The notes under the pieces: generated by a model | The model's database searches: none | What the model was told of the DNA's origin: nothing | The model's input: the letters and a program-made list of their open reading frames with translations, nothing else | Part shown: piece by piece, positions 57,400 through 64,000 of the stretch | Layout: every line of letters starts with the position of its first letter | Position numbering within the stretch: the stretch's first letter is position 1 | IMG/VR virus record: IMGVR_UViG_3300046786_000128 | Span: 12,368 to 76,367 of that record | Origin: a virus | Lineage: Duplodnaviria; Caudoviricetes | DNA length: 64,000 nt | Direction: 5' to 3' (one strand) | Position numbers and translations under genes: made by a program

Positions 57400-57683
57400 A
57401 TTTTTTTCTCGCCTGTTAGGTATGGCTTGCTGAACCATAACTTAAACCATTCGGGTGTACCGGGCCTAATATTGTGTTCTTTTTCTATGTCTTGATTTTC
57501 CATTCCGGTAACACTAATGTTGCTACCTTGATTTACACGGTACTCGTGCAATCTTGCTTCATGGCCTAACCCTGCCAAATACTTTATTGATTTTAATTCG
57601 TAGATGGGATCACTAGGATCAAGTATGCAGTCGTCTGGACTATCTTGATTTAAATTTTCAGTAGTGATTTTGTATTGCTTCAT
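57396..57683 (-). CDS. Hypothetical protein (CTS-like MKQYKITTE)
   Basis: ATGA/TAATG overlaps within the late cassette. Confidence 0.65.
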   Translation of the reverse strand: MKQYKITTENLNQDSPDDCILDPSDPIYELKSIKYLAGLGHEARLHEYRVNQGSNISVTGMENQDIEKEHNIRPGTPEWFKLWFSKPYLTGEKKI

Positions 57684-58306
57684 TACCCACCAACTAGTTT
57701 ATTTTTAGGATAACCTTTAGGGTCTTTTCCTTTAAGTTGCCCAGCTGGTCCTTCTTTCTGCCCTACTTTTTTGCCTGCAAATGGCATGTCAGATTCTTCG
57801 AGATTAGGACCATCGCCGAATCTAGATTCATATTCTGCTTCATCTCTTGCATCGTCTAGTGAATAATTTGCAGATTTGATTAGATACTTTAGAGCTTTTT
57901 CAATTTCATAAACTGCGGCATTTGCACTACGTATAGACTCAACAGCTTTCTCCATAGCATCTTTCATATCAACTCTTGCTGAACTATCGCTTAGTTGGCT
58001 AACTGGATCTGTAAGACCTATAATTTCGTCTTCAATTGCTTCGAACTCGTAATGATTTTTTTGTAGTTGCATTACAGCAGGCATCAATTGTTCTAATTGA
58101 GAAATCATTGCTTCAATTTGCTGAATCTTGTTACCGTCTGCTTCGGCAAGTTCTTTTTGCTTATGCTTAACGTCACCTTGCTTTTGAGCTTTCTTTTTAT
58201 CTTTGTGTGCGCCAGCACCGCCCATCTTGGCGTTCTTGGCTACAAAGTTACGTGGCTTTTCTGTTTTTATTTCTTTTGCTTCTGCAATAAAATCTTTAGC
58301 TTTCAT
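57683..58306 (-). CDS. Putative internal head protein (CTS-like MKAKDFIAE)
   Basis: FIAE end matches the T4 IPII/IPIII CTS (MKTYQEFIAE); Lys-rich segment plus coiled coil. Confidence 0.65.
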   Translation of the reverse strand: MKAKDFIAEAKEIKTEKPRNFVAKNAKMGGAGAHKDKKKAQKQGDVKHKQKELAEADGNKIQQIEAMISQLEQLMPAVMQLQKNHYEFEAIEDEIIGLTDPVSQLSDSSARVDMKDAMEKAVESIRSANAAVYEIEKALKYLIKSANYSLDDARDEAEYESRFGDGPNLEESDMPFAGKKVGQKEGPAGQLKGKDPKGYPKNKLVGG

Positions 58307-58913
58307 GTTTAATTCCTAATCCTTTTCGAACAGCATTGAGCATTTCTTCAGCATGCTCTCCTGATCCTGTTATTTTTCTAAATTCTTCGATATCGCCCTT
58401 TTCAGCAGCTTCTCTAGCCTTGGTTCCACTAATACTTGCAACACCTTCACCGTCTGGATCTCTAGATCCGCTTGACTTTTTATCAACAGTTTCGAATTTA
58501 TAATAGCCATGAGCCTTTCCTTCTACACCATTGTATTGTTTACACAATCCAACTAATTCATCTAACTTATCATTACCTGCAACAATAGTTACATGATTGT
58601 ATCCTCGAGAATACAAGTAACTGCATACACTAAGGAATGTAGTTAAATTTGGTTCATCGATAATATGTCTCGAATGTTCCGGATTAATTAATTGTAAAAA
58701 TTTTATTTTATCTTCGTTTGATAAAGGATTTGCTAATTTCTGTGCTTTAGACTTTGGAGTTGGACGACTAGGGAAAATAAAATAGTCACCCCCTTGATTA
58801 GAAACTGTATCTAATAACTGTTTGTGTCCAATCGTTGGAGGATTCATTCTTCCAAAACAGAAGGTTGCATTTTTATCTCCTTTGACGGATTCAAACAGCT
58901 CCAAAAGTCTCAT
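58296..58913 (-). CDS. HIGH-motif cytidyl/nucleotidyltransferase-like protein with CTS-like N-terminus
   Basis: MRLLELFE start; FGRMNPPTIGH, VAGNDK and ISGTKAR motifs. Confidence 0.8.
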   Translation of the reverse strand: MRLLELFESVKGDKNATFCFGRMNPPTIGHKQLLDTVSNQGGDYFIFPSRPTPKSKAQKLANPLSNEDKIKFLQLINPEHSRHIIDEPNLTTFLSVCSYLYSRGYNHVTIVAGNDKLDELVGLCKQYNGVEGKAHGYYKFETVDKKSSGSRDPDGEGVASISGTKAREAAEKGDIEEFRKITGSGEHAEEMLNAVRKGLGIKHES

Positions 58914-59248
58914 TTTTTGTAATCACCACGTTCCATAAATCGTTCTTGTTGCATAGCAAATTTTCTTGCTAATTCGATTAGTTTTTCTTTAGGAAATTTG
59001 TTACCAGGATCTTCAACTTCAAATTTATTACAATATGTTTCTAGACAAGTGTGAAGTGGTTTTAGATAAATTTTGTAAGCATCGGGATGACCCTGATACT
59101 GTTCGTGTTTTTTGATAGCAGGAAAGAAGTGTTGATTTAATATAGCATCATCGTTGTCGATGAAAAACTTTAAATCGCCAATCCAATCGATATCAGTTTG
59201 ATCTTCTTTTGGAGCTCCAAGTGGGGAAAACATTTCTTTTAAAAGCAT
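58910..59248 (-). CDS. Hypothetical protein (late cassette)
   Basis: MLLKEMF start; overlapping neighbours. Confidence 0.65.
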   Translation of the reverse strand: MLLKEMFSPLGAPKEDQTDIDWIGDLKFFIDNDDAILNQHFFPAIKKHEQYQGHPDAYKIYLKPLHTCLETYCNKFEVEDPGNKFPKEKLIELARKFAMQQERFMERGDYKK

Positions 59249-59469
59249 TATTCTTCTCCGCCTACATTTAGACCTAGTGATTTTGCTTCTTTATCAAGAT
59301 CTGCTCTACGTTGCATAATAGCACGTTTAATTTCTGGATCGTTAGACTCTGGATCCATTTGTATATCTTGTAATGCTTTGCGTTTTGCCTTGTAATCGCC
59401 AAGAGGGTCTGCAGAATTTAGTGCAGTTTCAAACATTGCAAGTTCAATTTTAGTGATAAGATCTCTCAT
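59248..59469 (-). CDS. Small hypothetical protein (CTS-like MRDLITKIE)
   Basis: First gene after the late promoter at 59494-59500. Confidence 0.65.
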   Translation of the reverse strand: MRDLITKIELAMFETALNSADPLGDYKAKRKALQDIQMDPESNDPEIKRAIMQRRADLDKEAKSLGLNVGGEE

Positions 59470-59500
59470 AGTATGTTCCGTAAGGTCATACTATATTTAT
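59468..59500 (-). promoter_or_regulatory. Late promoter ATAAATA (59494-59500) with an 8-bp leader hairpin over the start codon
   Basis: Minus strand reads ATAAAT[ATAGTATG]accttacggaa[CATACTAT]G. Confidence 0.65.
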
Positions 59501-59513
59501 CGTTCAAACAAGG

Positions 59514-59882
59514 TTAATAATTATAACGGATTGAGGCGATAGTCCCGTCTTGTAGATTGTATGCGGCACGAATCCAGACAAAATTTCCGGTAAAATTTCG
59601 ACTAAACGATACTGGTTCTACAGTTTCGTTGCCCATAATAGTACTATCATCGCCTATAGTAGTACCATCGATGTCAAACCAGTCAGCTTCGCTAGGGTAC
59701 AATGCTAGCGTACCTTGAATTTTCACTGTACCACTAAAGGCATTGAATGTATATACCGCAGTATGTAACGGGCTATTTAGGCGATAATAGCCTGCTCCCG
59801 GCTGTTTTTCACCGTAGGAAAACGATGCATCTACAGCTTCTGCGGAGATATTTTCTAATAATAAGTGGCTTTCTTTTGACAT
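59514..59882 (-). CDS. Putative small beta-sandwich virion protein
   Basis: Late promoter at 59887-59893, 4 nt before the ATG; beta-rich sequence. Confidence 0.55.
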   Translation of the reverse strand: MSKESHLLLENISAEAVDASFSYGEKQPGAGYYRLNSPLHTAVYTFNAFSGTVKIQGTLALYPSEADWFDIDGTTIGDDSTIMGNETVEPVSFSRNFTGNFVWIRAAYNLQDGTIASIRYNY

Positions 59883-59885
59883 CTA

Positions 59886-60563
59886 TTATTTATCGACAAT
59901 TTTGTATTCGTAGACTTTGCCCACAGCCCCTGCACCTCGCAATTTAAGCATAAGCAAAGTTTGTTCAGAGTCAACTAACACATAACGTCTGTCCCAGTTC
60001 CAATCTGTTTTAATAAACCACTCTTTAACAACTGGACTTATTAAAACTCGTTCGCCTTGTTCATCCATCCAATTTGCTAACTGCTTTTTTGCATCTTTGT
60101 CTTTTGCAAGCACATGAGGTTTAAGAAACACTTTGTATTTGTAAAGATTGTGCGGTAATTTTTTAGCAACAATTGTGTATTGATCAGAATCTATTAGACT
60201 TGGATCTAACGGTTCATGATGATTTAAAACTAGTAAGTTGAATTGACTACACAAATCGTTGTACATTTCAACGTTGTTAGTATAGATGTCAATACAATCT
60301 CTTTCTATACGTTTGGACCAAGTAGTTTCGTCGACAGTTTTTAGATATTCGCAAACAACTCTTATATTTGAAGCATTAGATTTAACTTTATAATACACAC
60401 TATACTTGGGATGTTCGCCTGCGGGAATCTTATAATCAATAAAATCGATGACTTCTTCGAATGTTTTAATTTGACGAAGAACAGCTATACCAGGAACCTT
60501 TAAGGTAACCTTGTACAGCCATTTTCCGTAAAACTTGCGATTAGTTGTTTTCTTCTTGGACAT
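59886..60563 (-). CDS. Hypothetical phage protein
   Basis: Overlaps the clpA 3' end; long ORF in the gene train. Confidence 0.7.
   Translation of the reverse strand: MSKKKTTNRKFYGKWLYKVTLKVPGIAVLRQIKTFEEVIDFIDYKIPAGEHPKYSVYYKVKSNASNIRVVCEYLKTVDETTWSKRIERDCIDIYTNNVEMYNDLCSQFNLLVLNHHEPLDPSLIDSDQYTIVAKKLPHNLYKYKVFLKPHVLAKDKDAKKQLANWMDEQGERVLISPVVKEWFIKTDWNWDRRYVLVDSEQTLLMLKLRGAGAVGKVYEYKIVDK
59887..59893 (-). promoter_or_regulatory. T4-like late promoter (ATAAATA), near-leaderless
   Basis: Reads ATAAATA-atag-ATG. Confidence 0.6.
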
Positions 60564-62871
60564 CTTCCGCTTCTTTAGCAGGAGCTTTCTTTAGAGCACG
60601 TTTTTCTTCTTTAGTTAGCGGCTTTGGCATTTCAGTAACATTGAAAGATAGATCATCATTTTCAATAGTTACTTCAACACGACCACCATCGACCAAATCA
60701 CCAAACAATACTCTACGGCTCAATGGGCTCTTAATCTTGGTATCGATAAGTCGAGCCAATGGACGAGCACCCATCTTTTTATCGTAACCTTTTTCAGCTA
60801 ACCACTTTGATGCTTCTGCTGTAAGATTGATTTCGATATTTTTATCTTTTAATTGATCATTCAATTCGCTGACAAACTTTTTAACAATCTGTACAACAAC
60901 TTCATCACCAAGACTACGGAATTTAACAATAGCATCTAAGCGATTGCGGAATTCAGGAGCAAAGAACTTTTTAACAGCCTTGTCGTCTTCGCCATCTTTA
61001 CCTAGTTCACCAAACCCAATAGTGTTGCGTTCGTTGTCAGCAGCACCTAAGTTAGAAGTCATAATCAAAATAGTGTTACGTCCGTCAGCTTGCTTCCCAT
61101 TAGACCCTGTAACAAATCCGTTATCCATGAAAGCTAACAAAATGTTAGTAACATCCGGATGTGCTTTTTCGATTTCATCAAGCAATAGAATTGCATTGGG
61201 ATGCTCTTGCAACTTAGTAATTAACTGCCCAGCATTATCTTCGTAGCCAACATAGCCCGGAGGAGCACCAATCAAACGTGCAACACTGTGCTTCTCTTGA
61301 TACTCGCCCATGTCAAAGCGGATCAGTTCCATGCCCATCTTGGAAGCCAATGCTTTAGCTGTTTCTGTTTTACCTGTACCAGTTGGGCCCAAGAATAAGA
61401 AACTACCAATCGGCTTGTTAGGAGCCTTCATGCCTGCTTGACTTACAAAGATCTTATCCAGAAGATTTGTAATCGCTGTATCCTGTCCGTAGACAGCAGC
61501 TTTCATACCTTTTTCTAAGTCTGCAAGATTCTTGCTTTCTTTTTGTGCAACAGTTTCCAAAGGCATATTAATCATCTTGCTGAGTTCGTAGACAATTTGT
61601 TCTACGTCAACAATTTGTTCAACACCTTCCATAGTCTCGTCATCTTTGATTTTGTAACGAGCTGCGGCACAGTCGAGAATATCAATTGCCTTGTCAGGCA
61701 GCTTTTTATCTGCCATGTACTTGACACTTAGCTTAACTGCCTGTTCGATAGCTGCATCAGTAATTTTTACATTATGATGTTTCTCGTAGTATTTCTTAAT
61801 ACCTTTGACAATCTTAATAGCCAATTCTGGTGTTGGCTCGTCAACTGTAACACGTTGGAATCGACGCATTAATGCACGATCCTTTTCAAAGTGCTTGCGA
61901 TATTCTTCCCAGGTTGTGCTAGCAATAAGTTTGATAGTGCCTTTTGTAAGAATAGGCTTTAACATATTTGCCATATCGTTGCTACTATTATTAGCAGCAC
62001 CAGCACCTTGCATCATATGTGCTTCATCAATGAACAAGATAATGTTGCCTTTCTTTTCGAGAGCAGCTAACACAGCCTTAACACGTTCTTCAAAATCACC
62101 GCGATATTTACTACCAGCAAGCAACGCACTAATGTCTAGTGTATAAACTTGATGGTCCTGAATAAACTTAGGAACTTTCTTCTCAAAGATTTTACGTGCA
62201 AGTCCTTCGGCAATAGCAGTCTTACCAACACCTGGCTCACCTACCATCAACACATTAGACTTACTACGGCGAGCAAGAATCAATTGAATCTTTTCTAGCT
62301 CTTCGTCACGTCCGATTACTGGATCAATTTTACGTTGTTTAGCAGCAAGGCTAAGATTAGTACAGAATGTATTGATAACACGCTCAGCTTGTGTATTGTT
62401 AGCAACTTGCATTGGTGGTTCTTCGCCGTCCTCAGTTTCGATATTTTCTTGGAAGTATTTGATAAATTTTTCTTTTGTAAGTCCGCCCTTGCTCAAGAAG
62501 TAAAAGCCAAAGCTATTCTTCTCGCTCAATACGCTGATAATAATATCAGCTACTTCCATCTTCTGGCGTCCACTAAACAATACCTGAGTAAAGCAACGAT
62601 TAAGTACACGCTCTACGGATGTTGTCTTTTTAGGCTTGTGATCCTCATCATCTATTTTAATATCATTGAGATTATTTTTTAGATAGTGATCTAAATTAGC
62701 TTTGATGAATTTAGCATCTGCGCCGTATTTTTCAATGATGTCATATGATTCTTGATCACACATGATAGCATAGATCAAATGCTCTATGGTAATGTATTCG
62801 TGCTGTAATGCCTTGGCATTTTTAACAGCATCATCAAAAATGTGTTGAAGATTATTGCTTGGTTCTATCAT
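60541..62871 (-). CDS. clpA: ClpA-type AAA+ unfoldase
   Basis: Clp N-domain (EHL), GEPGVGKT, FIDEAH, GPTGTGKT, PPGYVGY, LLDEIEKAH and IGFG ClpP-docking loop; no ClpB middle domain. Confidence 0.95.
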   Translation of the reverse strand: MIEPSNNLQHIFDDAVKNAKALQHEYITIEHLIYAIMCDQESYDIIEKYGADAKFIKANLDHYLKNNLNDIKIDDEDHKPKKTTSVERVLNRCFTQVLFSGRQKMEVADIIISVLSEKNSFGFYFLSKGGLTKEKFIKYFQENIETEDGEEPPMQVANNTQAERVINTFCTNLSLAAKQRKIDPVIGRDEELEKIQLILARRSKSNVLMVGEPGVGKTAIAEGLARKIFEKKVPKFIQDHQVYTLDISALLAGSKYRGDFEERVKAVLAALEKKGNIILFIDEAHMMQGAGAANNSSNDMANMLKPILTKGTIKLIASTTWEEYRKHFEKDRALMRRFQRVTVDEPTPELAIKIVKGIKKYYEKHHNVKITDAAIEQAVKLSVKYMADKKLPDKAIDILDCAAARYKIKDDETMEGVEQIVDVEQIVYELSKMINMPLETVAQKESKNLADLEKGMKAAVYGQDTAITNLLDKIFVSQAGMKAPNKPIGSFLFLGPTGTGKTETAKALASKMGMELIRFDMGEYQEKHSVARLIGAPPGYVGYEDNAGQLITKLQEHPNAILLLDEIEKAHPDVTNILLAFMDNGFVTGSNGKQADGRNTILIMTSNLGAADNERNTIGFGELGKDGEDDKAVKKFFAPEFRNRLDAIVKFRSLGDEVVVQIVKKFVSELNDQLKDKNIEINLTAEASKWLAEKGYDKKMGARPLARLIDTKIKSPLSRRVLFGDLVDGGRVEVTIENDDLSFNVTEMPKPLTKEEKRALKKAPAKEAEDVQEENN

Positions 62872-62872
62872 G

Positions 62873-63367
62873 TTATTTCTGTTTCCTGAGTTTCTTCATA
62901 GCTAATTGTAACTTCATTTGAGACACTCTGTCAACAAAGCAGGTGCCCATCAAATGATCGTACTCGTGTTGAAAACATCTAGAGATTAGTCCAGACATTT
63001 CTGAAGTGATTAAGTCCCCATCACTGTTTTGATATTCTGCAATAATAGAAGAAGGGCGTTTTATGTTTAACCATAAATCCGGATAGCTAAGACATCCTTC
63101 TTTGTCGAGTTCAGTTGCTTCGCTGTAATGTGTAATCTTAGGATTGAACACAGCAAACGGAGCAGGGAATCCATCAATAAGATTACTGCCAATAACAAAT
63201 ACTTGTTTAGCTAATCCTACTTGATTTGCGGCAAGCCCTATGCCCTTGTGTTGAATCATGAAATCAATCATAGATTTCTCTAACTCTTTAGCATCACCGT
63301 CTGCTGTAAAATCCCAGGGAGTACTAACCTGTGTTAGTGTTTCTTGAGGTCCTAGTTTAAAACTCAT
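62873..63367 (-). CDS. def: Peptide deformylase
   Basis: GIGLAANQ, EGCLS and QHEYDH motifs. Confidence 0.97.
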   Translation of the reverse strand: MSFKLGPQETLTQVSTPWDFTADGDAKELEKSMIDFMIQHKGIGLAANQVGLAKQVFVIGSNLIDGFPAPFAVFNPKITHYSEATELDKEGCLSYPDLWLNIKRPSSIIAEYQNSDGDLITSEMSGLISRCFQHEYDHLMGTCFVDRVSQMKLQLAMKKLRKQK

Positions 63368-64000
63368 TTTTTAATTTTTCTATCTTATCTCGTTGCTCGG
63401 CTGTTAAGTGTCGAGGAATCATAACTCTAATTTTAATTAACATATTTCCCCTATGACGTGTACGCATATTGGGAAATCCTTCATTACGACAACTTAGTAT
63501 TGTTTCGCTCTGTGTTCCTGCCGGAACAGTAATTTCTAAAGTTTTATCTTCTAGAGTTTCGATTTGTAATTTGCACCCTAGCATAGCATCCCAGATTGAA
63601 ATATGCTTTTCTAGGACTAACGAATCACCTTCTTTTCTAAATTGTGTATCGTTGATTAATCGAATGTTAACAATTAGATCTCCAGGCGGCACAGTTTTAA
63701 TGCTGTCATCGCCCATGCCTTGATAACGAATTTGTTGTCCTTCGTTAATTCCTGGCGGAATATCAATATTAATAATTTTGCTCTTACCGCCTGGCATGGA
63801 AATTTCAGCATCTAATTTCTTTCCAAAAAGAACTTCTTTAAATGTAACGTCTACGGTGATATTAAGAGTTTTGTTCCTTTGCATTTGGCGCTGCCCGAAT
63901 CCAAAGCCGCCTCCAAAAATATCATTCCAATTTCCGCTACCAAAATGAAATTCAAACGGACCTTGATTAAATCCGCCGTGGTGTTGATGGTGATGTTGAT
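63357..64000 (-). CDS. dnaJ: DnaJ/CbpA-like co-chaperone, 5'-truncated (G/F linker and C-terminal domain)
   Basis: The frame stays open to the window end (QHHHQHHGGFNQGPFEFHFG...FGGGFGFG); IPPG...GQQIRYQGMG...PGDLIV and G.P..R...RGNMLI motifs; no zinc finger. Confidence 0.88.
   Translation of the reverse strand, partial: QHHHQHHGGFNQGPFEFHFGSGNWNDIFGGGFGFGQRQMQRNKTLNITVDVTFKEVLFGKKLDAEISMPGGKSKIINIDIPPGINEGQQIRYQGMGDDSIKTVPPGDLIVNIRLINDTQFRKEGDSLVLEKHISIWDAMLGCKLQIETLEDKTLEITVPAGTQSETILSCRNEGFPNMRTRHRGNMLIKIRVMIPRHLTAEQRDKIEKLKNEF

Noticed and set aside
1-64000. Stop-codon reassignment, CRISPR array or tRNA genes
   Set aside because: Genes tile densely under the standard code with TAA, TGA and TAG all used as stops; intergenic gaps are too short, and no spaced repeats or cloverleafs were seen.

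Overview
This is a gap-free, AT-rich 64 kb segment of a large T4-like (myovirus-type) phage genome, read in the standard genetic code. I saw no CRISPR array, tRNA, integrase or transposase. Plus strand, 1-35.5 kb: a late structural module (gp25-like, gp6-like, a 4,561-aa baseplate/adhesin giant, four paralogous fibre-like proteins), then a late-promoter operon of four glycosyltransferase-like genes, two radical-SAM genes and an SGNH-like gene. Minus strand, 35.5-64 kb: replication and nucleotide genes (RNase H/FEN, dCMP deaminase, clamp, PolB, DsbA-like); a 7-deazaguanine DNA-modification set (QueE, FolE, atypical QueD-like, DpdA/TGT-like) with an embedded GT-B glycosyltransferase and a nearby PRTase; a late-expressed cassette of proteins with T4-style capsid-targeting N-termini; and a ClpA/deformylase/DnaJ cluster. 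Best leads: (1) a possibly glycosylated or otherwise new deazaguanine DNA base; (2) a cassette of capsid-packaged enzymes (GH19, HExxH peptidase, HIGH nucleotidyltransferase); (3) a probable virion glycosylation operon gated by a 19-bp SD-sequestering hairpin whose loop holds the late promoter. All family assignments come from motif recognition by eye; no database searches were run.
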